A DNA stretch of 64,000 nucleotides from Octopus sinensis (Eukaryota), in the NCBI RefSeq assembly GCF_006345805.1, contig NC_042998.1:119350001-119414000 (forward strand), in the 5' to 3' direction. Below, in pieces: positions 13,900-26,802 of this stretch. Position numbers and translations under genes: made by a program. The stretch's first letter is position 1. Every line of letters begins with the position of its first letter. The notes beneath the pieces are model-generated. The model was given only the letters and a program-made list of their open reading frames with translations. It was not told the origin of the DNA and did no database searches.

Positions 13900-14765
13900 T
13901 TCGACATTTAAAATCCACTTAATCCTAGAAGTCGTGTATAAATGGGCTGAAAAAATTAACATGCAGTTTAATGCAGGAAAATTCGAAGCCATCCGATATC
14001 AACTAGTTTGCGCTAATATGCCTCAACAAAGATAGTTTAGACCAAAAGGAGCGGTAATCCCAGAGTCATACAGTGTGTGATTTTGGGATTGATATAAGTA
14101 AGGTTGCATCGTTTCATGTACATAACACCATGACGGTGGCAGTGTGCTGGTGAGTGGCGGGATAGATTCTAAGAAATTTTTGGACAAATGACCAAGTAAT
14201 TTAGCTGGTCCAATGCAGGAAATTTATTCTCAGCCGCCTGGCTTACTCAACTATGAGGACCCCAGAGTAAGTTTAATAGCAGAACTAGAGGCAATTCAGC
14301 AATGCTACACCATGAAGATGGCATCAATGGAACAATTGAGCTACTGGAAGATACTGAAATAATTACTACTCTAAGCCAGTGCTCCGCAACCGGTACGTCA
14401 CGGCGCAGTGGTGTGTCACGAGACGGTGCTAGGTGTGCCGCAGTATAACCTGAATATAATTTTCCCCTATACTTTTAGTTATAGTTTTAGTTCAGGTTTG
14501 CCGATGAATTTTGAAAAGAATATGTGTATCGCAAGTGAAAATAGGTTGCGGAGCACTACTCTAATCCATGGAAGAAATGCGGTGATATACAAAAGGAAAC
14601 TCTTAGAGGGGTCGGCACCAAATTTTAGCATTGAGTGTTAAACCAGCCCCCGAACAGGACGTCACCGCACTGTTCCAAAGGCACCATCTGTCCCATCTAA
14701 TGTGATAAACAGTACTGCAATAGCTTGGGATTCAAAGACCCACGGCTATTTGAAATCTTGTCAAA
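13900..14765 (+). pseudogene. Old decayed relative of the 36981-38883 LINE (RT C-terminal part)
   Basis: VYKWAEKINMQFNAGKFEA, IAELEAIQQCYT, RTGRHRTVPKAP, NSLGFKDPRLF align to IYKWAEKNSMQFNAGKFQA, ITELEAIQRSYT, RTGRHCVVPRTP, DSLGFRGPQLF. Confidence 0.8.
14377..14558. mobile_element. hAT-type MITE (182 bp)
   Basis: 15-bp TIRs cagtgctccgcaacc / ggttgcggagcacta; 8-bp TSD ctctaagc (14369-14376) / ctctaatc (14559-14566). Confidence 0.85.
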
Positions 14766-15530
14766 AGTAGAGAGATATATAATCAATGTGGGTAGATATT
14801 TCCAAGAAACAAGTTGACCTTCTGCTGCCAAAAATATGAGATGAACCTTACATAATGGCAAGAAACTCAAAATAGGGCAGCAATATCAAACTCCTTCACC
14901 AAAAGCCAATCATAGAGTTTGGGCTGAAATTTATAAAAGAAGAAAAGAAGAAAAGAATATATTACATACACGCATATAATACGTATAATATGGAAAGACA
15001 CCGTGCAGACTACAGTAGTAAATAAAGTAGAAATAAATTTAAACATTTATTCCCTCTGTGCGGTTCGGTGCTGTTCCGCAGGCCGGTGGTTGAGGTCCCT
15101 ACCTTAAATTATCTACAACTTTCTTATGTATGTACATATAAATATGGTAACGAAGAACACTTCTACACGATGGTTAGATTTGATAGATACAAAAGCCAAA
15201 TCTCACCCAATTCATCACTAGATATATTTCAGTTGAAATGGGTGTACACAAGAACATCAACACATGTTGAAAACAAATATCCACATAAACACAACAACTA
15301 TACTCATGTGCCACATACACACAACAAAAACATGCACACACAACCGCAGAGACAAATTACGCTATAGACTACAATATGCACAGAATCGTCTGACTTCATG
15401 AAATACGGTCAAGGATGACTGTTTCAACGTCTTTCTCCATCTCCTTTTCACTGATCTTCCAACTCCCTCCACCTTCATCTCTCTATCTCTCTATCTCCTG
15501 TCTGCTTCTCTCTCTCTCTCTCTCTCTCTC

Positions 15531-15570
<40 letters not shown>

Positions 15571-15741
15571 GCTCTCTCCTCTCCTTTGCTTCGCGGACAA
15601 ATGTTTCCCATTTTATATGAGTGAGTGGGGGCGCGTGTACGTGTGTGCATGTCTGTACGTACATGTATGTAAGTTTATGCATCTGTCTCACTCTCTCTAT
15701 CATTCTCATTCTCTCTCGCTCTTTCACTCTCTCACTTTCTG

Positions 15742-15860
<119 letters not shown>

Positions 15861-16042
15861 ATGTATGTATGTATGTATGTATATACACACACACAATCTA
15901 TCTATGTATGCATATATATCTATAGATATGTGTAGATATGTGGTTGTGTGTATATCTATGCAAGATATATGTCTATATATACATATGCAGATATATATAT
16001 GTATGTACGTATGTATGTAAATATATATTTATATTATATATA

Positions 16043-16084
<42 letters not shown>

Positions 16085-16243
16085 TATATATCTATATAAA
16101 TGCGTATATGCGTGTGTGGTTATTTATTTTCATGATTCTTATATATTATGATTGATTAGCATATATATTTTTATTATTATATATTTTTATGCGTGCATGT
16201 ATGTATATATATACATAATACTAATATACAGATAGACAAACAA

Positions 16244-16369
<126 letters not shown>

Positions 16370-16913
16370 TATGTTTGCATGTATGTATGTATAATGTTGC
16401 AAATGAAAAAGTTGTATTTAATAATTGTTGTAGAGTTTATTTATTGATATAAATGTGTTATTTCTTTCTCCAACTACAAAGTTTCACGCAAAACGCTCGT
16501 CCCTCCTACTACGCGAAATTCGATTAAAACTATCCAGAAGACCCAAGGTGGAGGTAACGTTATGTAAGTGCTATGGAAGGGCCGTAGTTAAACTCTCGGT
16601 TCAATAATGATACGAGTGAGGAGTATCATTGCTTGAGTATGTATATGTTAAATAAAATGAGACAACAAAGCCAAGGCTGTGTGAAATTTCAGGACATTTA
16701 TAAAGAGGAAGTTACTCTTACAGCTGTTTCTGGGATATTAGGGATATCCCTTCATCAGAAACGATGTGAGATAGTTAAATAGAGGGAAATAGAGTTCAAT
16801 ATGAGGAGTTATTTTGGAAAAGGAATTTACATACCATGGACAGGAAGCATTTCTACCACTTCTATACACCACTTTCCTTGGATAATGGAATTGCAAATAT
16901 AACATCGTTATAG

Positions 16914-16972
<59 letters not shown>

Positions 16973-16975
<3 letters not shown>

Positions 16976-17136
16976 GACGGTCTCTTTCAGTTTTCTGTCT
17001 ACCAAATCTCACAAGGCTTTGGTTGGCCCAAGGCTATAGTAAAAGACACTTGTCCAAGGTATCACGCAGTGGACTGAACTCAGAAGCATGTGGCTGGGAA
17101 GCAAGCTTCTTAACAACACGCAGCTACGCCTGCGCC
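16973..17136 (-). mobile_element. tRNA-derived SINE family 1, 5' part
   Basis: Matches the other copies; A/B-box-like head on the minus strand. Confidence 0.8.
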
Positions 17137-17150
17137 TATATATATCTATA

Positions 17151-17235
<85 letters not shown>

Positions 17236-17354
17236 AAAAATAGTAAAAAGAGAAAAAACTACAGAAGGCTTAAAGGTTAAAAAATATATATATTTGCGTC
17301 AATATGTCTGAAGAATATTAAAAAAAATTTTTTCCTTACAATGACATAGTTTAG

Positions 17355-17393
17355 AAGAAAGACCGGTTTCGCGTTTAGCTTTTCAAATTTCTT
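17355..17393 (-). ncRNA. Minimal type-I hammerhead-like motif, UUGAAAA (U3-A8) core
   Basis: aagaaa-t-ttgaaaa-gc taaac gc-gaaa-ccgg-tc-tttctt: 6-bp stem I with one extra U, 2-bp stem II, palindromic ACCGGU stem III, GUC site. Confidence 0.65.
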
Positions 17394-17438
17394 ACGACGT
17401 TATGTTTATGTTGAATAGAGTTATCGTTATGTTTATGT

Positions 17439-18326
17439 TTAAAAGAGTTCTAAATAAGGGGAGGTAATGAGTGATTTCTTCCGGTGTAAGGGAGATAATC
17501 GCTTAAAATTTTTTTTTCTTTTCCCTTGGTGTGAATTTCTCTGTATCAGTATGTTGGCATGGTTAAGTCTGGGCTTGTACTTTTCAATGAAGAATGTTTC
17601 CTTGTTTAATCTAATTTGTGTTGATGATCCGATAGCACATTGGTAAAATGGAAAGATTAAAAATTGTGGTAGTAGTTGCTTTGCGCATTTCTCAGTGTGC
17701 TCACTAAAAGGTACCATTCTGTATTCTGGGAATGCAATCTGTTGTCGATGCAGTGTGCATCTACATCTGAGTGATAGTCCCGTGGATCCCACGTAGTCTC
17801 GGTGGCAGCCCGAGCATTTTATGACATAAATTATGTTTTCAGAGGCACAAGTAAAGTTAGATTTGATCTTGAATTTCTGTCCCTCTTTAAAGAGGAATTC
17901 TGATCCTTCTAGCAGGTTTGGACATGTTGCACAGTTCGATCTACCACATTTTTTTACTTTTGCATCCGTAATTTCAGAAAGCAATTTTGCCTTTGTGAGA
18001 ATCTTTTTAAGTGATTTAGGTTGTTTGTAGCTTTTAATGATTTGGTGTATGTTTAGAATTTCCTTTAATTCGGGGTCCTTATGAAGTATTGGTAAATTCT
18101 GGGTGGTGATGGTGAAGGCTTCTTTGTTTCTGGGGTTGTATGTAGATATGTAAGGTAGTATTTTCGGGGAAGGCGTGTTGTTGTGTTGAACTTTTCTTAA
18201 AGTTTCTATGTTGATTTCTGTTGCACGTCTGATCCCATCCTCTATGAGTTGAGCTGGGTAATGTCTGTCAATTAGGGTGTTTTTGAGTTCTTGCAGTCTA
18301 AAGTTCCTGGTATTTTGTTCTGACAC
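17439..18326 (-). CDS. PLE thumb/linker plus GIY-YIG endonuclease (frameshift-separated C-terminal part of the PLE ORF)
   Basis: CGRSNCATCP linker; NIIYVIKCSGCHRDYVGSTG..RCTLH; KETFFIEKYKPRLN. Confidence 0.88.
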   Translation of the reverse strand: MSEQNTRNFRLQELKNTLIDRHYPAQLIEDGIRRATEINIETLRKVQHNNTPSPKILPYISTYNPRNKEAFTITTQNLPILHKDPELKEILNIHQIIKSYKQPKSLKKILTKAKLLSEITDAKVKKCGRSNCATCPNLLEGSEFLFKEGQKFKIKSNFTCASENIIYVIKCSGCHRDYVGSTGLSLRCRCTLHRQQIAFPEYRMVPFSEHTEKCAKQLLPQFLIFPFYQCAIGSSTQIRLNKETFFIEKYKPRLNHANILIQRNSHQGKRKKNFKRLSPLHRKKSLITSPYLELF

Positions 18327-19430
18327 TATTGTGCATATCCTTCTTGCAAGGTTGAAGGGGATGTTTGTTTTAGTGTGTCTTGGGTGGCATGAATAAAAAG
18401 AAGGTATTGTTTGGCGTCTGTGGCTTTGTGAAAAATGTCTGTTTCTATTTTAAGGTTAATTTTTTTAATTAGTATATCCAAGAACGGGAGCTCCTTTTGG
18501 TTGTATTCCATTGTGAACTGTATATTTGGGTTTATGCTGTTCAATAGGTTTTTAAATTTTAGGAGTTTATCTGTGTTTTCATTCCAGAGTATAAAACAAT
18601 CGTCTAAGAATCGTTTCCAATTTATGTATTGAGAAAGGGGGTTTCCAAAGATTGATAAAGATTCCTGGTAGATGATTATTTCCATGTAGCCCATTGTTAG
18701 GTTCGCAATGACTGGTGCTGCCCTTGTACCCATAGCAATTCCGGATTTTTGACGGTAAAATGTATTGTCAAACATGAAGTGGTTATTATGTAGGATGAAT
18801 TCAATTGATTTAGTAATGAATTCTTTACTGATCCTTTTTGGTATTTCTTCCGGAAATTGGTCCAGCCAGAACTGTATTGCCTCTAGTCCATAATTATGAG
18901 GTATACTGGTATATAAGTTAACTACATCAAATGAAACCAGGATTGTTTCTTCCTTGGCTTTTTTTGGAAGGTGGTTTAACATATCTAAGTCATCTCTGAT
19001 ATGGCTATCGATATGTTTAAGAAAGGGTTTCAGGAGGATGTCTATAAATAGACTTAGTCTGTGTGTTTCACAGGTTGGGCCAGCTACAATGGGTCGTAGT
19101 TTTAGGTCCCCCGGGTTAGGTGTGTGTATGTATGTCTTTGGTGATTTTTTAATGGTTTCATTTATAATTTGGCTTTTATGAATTTTTGGCAGACCATAGA
19201 AAAGGCTAGGTTTGCATTTAAAGTTTGTTAGAAAGTCAATCTCTTTGGTTGTTAGTTCCTTTTCATGGGTTTTAATTAGTGAAGATAGAGTTTTCATTAT
19301 TTTTTGTGAGGTGTAGTTGGTAATTTTTTCATAATGTAGGTCGTCATCAAGCAAGGAACTTACAAGATTTCTATAGTATGATGTATCCATTATTACAACT
19401 GCACTTCCCTTGTGGCGGGGTGGTATGCAT
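18326..19430 (-). CDS. PLE reverse transcriptase (N-terminally truncated)
   Basis: (D/H)KGSAVVIMD, LRPIVAG, LVSFDVVNLYTSIP, GIAMGTRAAPVIANL, WKRFLDDCF, LPFLDI; the ORF-track start at 19531 includes unrelated upstream sequence. Confidence 0.92.
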
Positions 19431-20094
19431 TGATACCGTTGAGAGGAAGGACCCGAAACGGCGCGCATTCTCTCATGATGACCCCATACACTTGCTGGCC
19501 TCCGGTATGCGGAGTTTTTGACTAGTAGCAAGACATATATACAACCAAAAAATAAAGCCGCGTGGCTGTCAGACGGACGAATATGGGTAAAGCAAAGAAA
19601 AATTAAAATTAAAAAAAGAGAATAAAAGATAGAAAGTCAAAGAAGGAAGAGGTAAACAAGCTGTGTAGAAAATGGGGTAGAATAGCAAAGAAGCGTGACC
19701 GATTTCGTCAACGACAAAGCGAAAAAAAAGAAGAGAGAAGTTTAGATAGTCACGGGTCACGTGGTAGTGGGAGGAGAGAAAATATTCGTGGAGAGTAGAG
19801 GGACGAAGCAACAGAGGAGGGTATTGGGAGGGAAGAGAGAGAAACAGAGAGACAAAGAGGATGGTAAAAGAGATGCGAAGAAAGAGAAAGAGACAGAAAC
19901 AGATGTCGCACAAAAAATATTCCAAGAATATTCTACAAATGGGTAAAAAAAATAAGGAATGCGTTGCGTTACATAAATAATATTTTAAAGATCTACCAAA
20001 AACTATTCATCTTCTATAGCTTGCACTGTTTTGGCTTTACGAAAATATTTAAATCTAATACTTATAAATACATCAGACAATAGTTCATGAAATT

Positions 20095-20724
20095 TCAACC
20101 TACGAGACCTCATGGTCCACAGCTTCATCCCTAACCCAAGCTCCCAACCCGTCTCGTTCCCCTGCTCCCGCCCACTCTGCCGCACTTGCCCTTACCTCTC
20201 CAACACCACCCTCCTCACCGGCACCCATCATCGACCTTATCACATCACCGACTCCTTCACTTGCACTTCTACCAATGTCATCTACTGCATCTCCTGCTCT
20301 CTTTGCCCTTCTTTATACATCGGGCAAACGGGACGCCGCTTGGCTGACCGGTTCGCGAAACACCTCCAAGACATCCGACTCGGCAATGACACCCCAATCT
20401 CACGCCAATTCCGCTCTACCGGTCACTCTTTGCAACATCTGTCCGTGTTCGGATTGTCCTTGCACAGGGACCATCCGGACTCCCGTTTGCGCCGTGAACA
20501 AGGATTAATCTTCTCTCTTCGCTCCTTTGTGCCAATGGGCTCAACTTTCTTCCCCCTCTTCATCTAACCTCCTCCTCCTCGCCCACTCATACCTACTTCC
20601 TCCCACCCACCTCTCCTCTCTTGTTCCGAGTCTTACTTTTTCTCTTCATCCTACTCTCCTTCTCTCTTCTCTTCACTCCTACCCACCTTCTCCTTCCCCT
20701 TCATCGTCAGCCCTCCACCCCTAT
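20095..20724 (+). mobile_element. Second PLE 3' fragment (GIY-YIG plus CT-rich 3' UTR), a different family
   Basis: NLRDLMVHS..PCSRPLCRTCP..FTCTSTNVIYCISCSLCPSLYIGQTGRRLADRF..EQGLIF; truncated by a SINE. Confidence 0.88.
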
Positions 20725-20948
20725 TCTTTTACTTGTTTTAGTCATTTGACTGTGGCCATGCTGGAACACGGCTTTTCGTCGAGCAAAGCGACCCCAGGAC
20801 TTATTCTTTGTAAGCCTAGTACTTATCCTATCGGTACTTTTTGCCGAACCGCTAAGTTACGGGAACGTAAACACACCAACATCCGTTGTCAAGCGATGGT
20901 GGGTGGACAAACACACACACACAAACATATACACATATATACATATAT

Positions 20949-21000
<52 letters not shown>

Positions 21001-21180
21001 ATATATACATACATACATACATATATAAGACGGGCTTCAGTTTGCGTCTACCAAATCTACTCACAAGGCTTTGGTCAGCCCGAGGCTATAGTAAAAGACA
21101 CTTGTCCAATATTCAACGCAGTGGGACTGAACCCGGTACCATGTGGTCGGTAAGCAAGCTACTTACCACACAGCCACCCC
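20725..21180 (-). mobile_element. tRNA-derived SINE family 1, full length
   Basis: Head tggctgtgtggtaag..ccgggttcagtccc, internal microsatellite, tail catggccacagtcaaatgact..aaacaagtaaaaga. Confidence 0.9.
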
Positions 21181-22132
21181 TATGTATGTATGTATGTATG
21201 TATGTATGTATGTATGTATGTATACATACATTTGCATATATATGCATATTTTATAAAGAGAGAGAGAGTGTATTCTCTGTGTGCTTGTGTAACGCTCACA
21301 TACACACACACACACATACACACACACATATACACACACACACACACACATACAGACAGACAGACACGTTGGAGCCTAGAAGAGAGTGTGTTGAAAAATC
21401 TCGATTACGGAGATTATCTTTGTAATTAGATGACAATCACTCACGAAATGTTGAAAATCTATTAACAACAATCAAGGGAGAAAACCCCAGTAACATCAAC
21501 CAATAACAATAAACTGAGCAAGAGAAATCCAAGAAACGTCCCAGAACCATATATCAAGTTTGTGAGAAAAGAATTGAAAGACGTCAATCACTGCATGAAG
21601 AAACGATCTACTACGAAAGATCCAATCATGGAACATGATGCTAAACTTGTAAGGGAGCTTGCAATTCCTTTACGTAATGGTGGTGGTGGTGCTGCTGCTG
21701 GTGCTGGTGGTTATGATGATAGAGGTGGAGCTGTTTAAACTTTTGCAAGAGTTCAGCGAGAAGGGATGGTAAACACAGCTATTCCCATTCGAGGTTGGCT
21801 ACAGATGATTCCTTGTCCAATCAGGATAGAGAATGCTCACAACCAGTGGAATGATTGTAAAACAACCGTTTGCGGTGTGAGGAGAAACCAGCAAAAGATG
21901 TCCATTGTTGGTTATGGGGCATGAGAGAAGAGCTAAACTGAGAGACAGAAAGAGGAGATAGGCAGTGATTTACTTGGCCATTACTGCCGACCCGTCAACG
22001 AGAGAATGTTAGAGCTCATGATATAAGTAACCAATGAACGTTGGACACAGTCTCACATCATCAACTACATCTACCCGAGATTATATCCGAAAGTGAATGA
22101 AGGGAACACATCTTTTAGATGTAATTATTCAC

Positions 22133-22194
<62 letters not shown>

Positions 22195-23451
22195 GTGTGT
22201 GTGTGAGCATGTGTGTGTGTGTGTGAGCATGTGTATATTTATTTGTTTTGTAAAGCTACTAAGTATATAATTAGTACTCCTTCTGCATTGTCATATAATA
22301 TATAATATTCGTAGAGTAATATATATGGTTGACTATTGTTCCATTATACCCATTAGTTAGAGTTTCGCGCCGGCTAGACGGTCCCCAGACGACATGTCAA
22401 AGAGGAAATATGTATATAATGGTAAAAGTAAGAAAGTTATCTTAAGTGAAATTTGATATTTAAATTGATAAAGTGAGGGAGAAAGCTAAATACCGCACAG
22501 CATTTACTGTCCCACTGTGATAACAGTGGTGGTAGTGGTGGTGACGTTGACGGCGACGTTGATGGTGAAGGTGATGGTGGCAGTGATAGTGGTGGTGATG
22601 GTGGTGGTCATGATGATAGTGATGATAATGCTGGTAACGAGAGTGAAAGTACAAATGATAACGGTACTGTGTGTAGACGACAGTGGAACTGTTGTTCGTG
22701 TTAAAAGTGTTGGGGATGATGGAGATAGTCATAATGATAGGATGATAAGTGGTGTATAAAGTGCATTCTAGAAGTTTTGAAACTTTTTCAGGAGAGACAT
22801 TTAGGAACTTTATAGTTCCAAATTAAAGACAGACAACTAATATGGAAATATGAGAAACAAAATGTCTGTAATAAAAAGATTATGCTGCAACACTGTCATG
22901 TCTTTAGTAGTAAAAATATCTCGAAGAAAATCTACTATCAGACATATATATTGCTACCATGTAAAGAATAATTAACATATATACATATATATAGACACAC
23001 ATACATGTGTGTGTGTGTGTGTTTGTATCGAATATCCAGGGCTTCATCGCTCCTTAAGGAGGAATCCCACCCTGGACTCCTTCCATCGCTGTTTTTCTGA
23101 CCAGTCGTGGCCATGTAGGCCCTAGGTAGTGGGTGAGATCATTTCGCCATCTTGTCTTTGGTCGGCTTCATGGTCTTCTTGTCCATTGTTTGGTGTCATT
23201 CCGTTACCCTGAATGTCTGTATTATACGTAAGGAAGATTATATACTGGAATATAGGGTGACATAAAGTTAATTAAGAGAATAAAGTTTACGTTTTCTTTG
23301 TCTCTTATATAACCTACTTCCACCTCTGTCCACCTACGTGTCTTGTGACCTGATGGTTGTTTTCAACCCGGGTAGAATATAGAAGCGTTGTGCGAAAATA
23401 CTGAATCCAAATTATTTGTTAGTATGTCATGACTTCCAGGACACTTTTTAA

Positions 23452-23648
<197 letters not shown>

Positions 23649-24045
23649 CTTTTATCTTTTATCGTTGACTTGTTTTCAGTCATTAGACTGCGGCCATGCT
23701 GAGGCAACGCCTTGAGTCATTTTAGAACTTATTTCCTTTTTAAGACTGGTACTTATTCTAGCCGTCCCTTTTGCCCAACCGTTAAGTTACGGGGACGTAA
23801 ACACACCAAGACCGGCTGTCAAGTACCTTGCAGAACAAACACAAGCACAAAGACGCACATACATGTGTGTGTGTATGTATGTATATGTATATACATACGT
23901 CGGGCTTCTTTCAGTTACCACTCACACCACTTTGGTCGGCCAGAGGCTGAAACAGAGGACATACCCAAAGTGCCACGGGGTGGGACTGAACCCGGAACCG
24001 TGTGGTTGAGAAACAAACTTCCTACCACACAGCCTCGATTGCACC
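23649..24045 (-). mobile_element. SINE family 1
   Basis: Same head and tail as the other copies. Confidence 0.85.
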
Positions 24046-24068
24046 TATACCTTATATATATATATATA

Positions 24069-24422
24069 CTCTTTTACTTGTTTCAGTCATTTGACTGTGG
24101 CCATGCTAGAGCACCGCCTTTAGTCGAGCAAATCGACCCCAGGACTTATTCTTTGTAAGCCTAGTACTTATTCTATCGGGCTCTTTTGCCGAACCGCTAA
24201 GTTACGAGGACGTAAACACACCAGCATCGCTTGTCAAGCAATGTTGGGGGAACAAACACAATACACAAACATATACACACACACATGCATATATATATAT
24301 ATATATAATATATATATATATATATACATATATACGACGGGCTTCCTTCAGTTTCCGTCTACCAAATCCACTCACAAGGCTTTGGTCGGCCCGAGGCTAT
24401 AGTAGGAGACGCTTGCCCAAGG
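24069..24422 (-). mobile_element. SINE family 1, head-truncated, tandem to the previous copy
   Basis: Well-conserved body and tail. Confidence 0.9.
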
Positions 24423-25487
24423 GAGAATGCAAATGGGGTAATAAGGGAAAAATTTGATATTTGCAAGCAAGTTTTAAAAAGGGAAAAATTAACAGTAATA
24501 ATAGTAAGAGAGACGAAAGGGAAAAAATACAATAGAATAAGTATTCTACCTTATTGTATCTTATTTTAATTTACTTTATTTTATTAAACCTTTTTTGATG
24601 TCCTTACAAAAATTCCTCACACTCATAATTATAACTAAATGATTGTATATCCTTATGTGTTAAGTATATATGTCATTTTTATCACTTGTAATTTTATAGC
24701 ATTTTTCTACTTCATACATTCGTTTTTTGTTCCTACTTTTATCAGATTGTCTCCCTTACCCCTGGCTAAATTTTGAATAAGGTAACTATCTTGAATTACA
24801 CCGACCAGTCTTGTCTGATTGATGTTTTTTCCTTGTTAAGTCCTCTTTGGGTTTTTTTCTCTGCATGTATGTACATTTTACATTAATATTGTAACTTCTT
24901 TCAAACATAGTCGTGCCTCGTGTAATATATATATATATACATATATTTTTTCGTTTTTCAATATTAATATGTATATGTATATCTCTATGTTTTATTCTAC
25001 TAGTCCACCTGTTACGTTATGTTTTACTATACACACGTGGCCCTGTATATTATACTTTGTCTCGACCTGTTACCATTTTTTAAAACATACCCGTTAGCTT
25101 TTTATTCTTATTTTTATATTATAGCTTACCGCACATATAGATGTGCTTACACATTGATATGTCTGTCTTTTTTCCCTTTTGTCTCTCTTACTATTATTAT
25201 TACTGTTATTGTTTCCCCTTTCAAAACTTGCTTGCAAATATTCGATTTTTCCCTATTACCTCACTTGTATTCTCCTTTATTGTATCTTATTTTAATTTAC
25301 TTTATTTTATTAAACCTTTTTTTGATGTCCTTACAAAAATTATTTACACTAATGAAAATAACAATGCATAAATTAATTATAATTACAATGGTTATAATTG
25401 TTTTCTTACATATTTGTATTGTCATTTGAAACGCACGCATGTATTGAATCGTATTTTGTATGTGTTTATATATAAGCATATAAGAAG

Positions 25488-25834
25488 GATCTGCCAGAGG
25501 TTAAACTAGTAGTGACATGGAACAGCCACTTTGAGGCGGCGATTAACTTTACTTGTTGGCATACTTACTAATCTGATCTCTTCTTAAGATTTTACGACTA
25601 GCTATTCTGCTCAATGCGTTCTGTTATCAATCGAGAAATAAAAATCCGATGAGCGCGCAAGACACGTCTGCACTTTAAGCATAACAGTCGGGAACTGACG
25701 CACAAATCGGCGCGAAAATATTTACGTATGTGCAGGAAAAGTGGTGTTACCTCCCACTAAAAGTATCTTGCCTACGCAGCATTAGTTTTGACAGTGAAAA
25801 ATAAAGCCGGATACTTTTTGAACATAGACCCACA

Positions 25835-25895
<61 letters not shown>

Positions 25896-26262
25896 ACGCA
25901 CATATACATACACAAACACACACATATGGAACGGTATTGATATGCATGCATATGTGGTGTATGATATGCTGCGTCTCATGAAGGCAGCAATTACATGAAA
26001 GCGTATACGTTTGTGAAGAACAATGAATGACTTGTTCAAGTTTCAAACTGAGATATAAACAATGTAAGCATTACACGTTAGTCTGATTGTACCAAAGCTA
26101 CTGAGTTGCACTTGTGCTTAAGAATTAAACTAATTTAACACCCAAGAATAAATTCATATTTACATGCCTTGTGTTATATATTAAATTTCCACTATTTATC
26201 ACATCTGAATCCTTGGACCTTATGTTCTGGACGATAACTTATATCAGAGCAACGAGTGAGAC
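25488..26262 (+). repeat. Arm A of a diverged long inverted repeat (partner 27505-28246)
   Basis: Colinear reverse-complement match over ~770 bp; ORFs 25747-26046(-) and 27723-27986(+) give homologous peptides. Confidence 0.9.
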
Positions 26263-26406
26263 TGAACCCGAAACCATGTGGTTGGGAAGCAAACTTCCTA
26301 CCACACAGCCACGTTTGCACCTATACGTAATATATATGTATATATACATATGTGTGTCTGCGTGTGTATGTGTGTATACTTTATTAAAAAGCACCAAAAT
26401 ATTGCA

Positions 26407-26452
26407 AAAACTGTTACTCAGAGTTTCACGTTCCCGTTCGTCGGACAGTTTT
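26407..26452 (-). ncRNA. Minimal type-I hammerhead, CCGACGA core
   Basis: aaaactgt-ccgacga-acg ggaa cgt-gaaa-ctctgag-ta-acagtttt: 8-bp stem I, 3-bp stem II, quasi-palindromic stem III, GUA site. Confidence 0.75.
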
Positions 26453-26534
26453 GTTTAGAATGGAACGAAATAATGTTTTTCTGTGTTTTCCTTTTTTTTT
26501 TTGCTTATAACCTTATTTTTGTTCCATTCTAAAC

Positions 26535-26580
26535 AAAAGTGTCCGACGAACAGAAACGTGAAACTCTGAGTAACAGTTTT
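26535..26580 (+). ncRNA. Minimal hammerhead, inverted sister copy of 26407-26452
   Basis: aaaagtgt-ccgacga-acagaaacgt-gaaa-ctctgagta-acagtttt; one mismatch each in stems I and II. Confidence 0.65.
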
Positions 26581-26767
26581 TGTGATTTTTTGCTGCTTTT
26601 TAATAAACTACGTTACTCTACCTCTGGTATTCGAGTACTACTTTTCCACCTCATTTCGCATTTATGTGCTTACTCTGGTATATATCAACATGTGATCTCT
26701 TGAGCACCACCAGCAAAAAATTTTTTTTTCCTCTGTCTTCCCTTCTCGGGATCTTTTCTTCTCCTTT

Positions 26768-26802
26768 GTTTCCGACGAAGAGCTCCGCTCGAAACGTTAA
26801 AC
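26768..26802 (+). ncRNA. Minimal type-I hammerhead, CCGACGAA core
   Basis: gttt-ccgacgaa-gagc tcc gctc-gaaa-cgt-t-aaac; palindromic ACGU stem III, GUU site. Confidence 0.7.

Larger units (their letters stand above)
17290..19430 (-). mobile_element. Penelope-like element (Neptune-type Cys linker), 5'-truncated, with RT, GIY-YIG and a 3' HHR
   Basis: RT and GIY-YIG ORFs in order, separated by one frameshift; 3' UTR with hammerhead motif. Confidence 0.92.

Noticed and set aside
19436-19490. ttgagag-gaaggaccc-gaaacgg resembling a hammerhead
   Set aside because: Core strand is one base short and there is no NUH site with a pairing stem I
19700-19735. Minus-strand gtc-gtt-gac-gaaa-tcgg-tc motif
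   Set aside because: Stem II, GAAA and GUC are present but no recognisable 5' core or stem I
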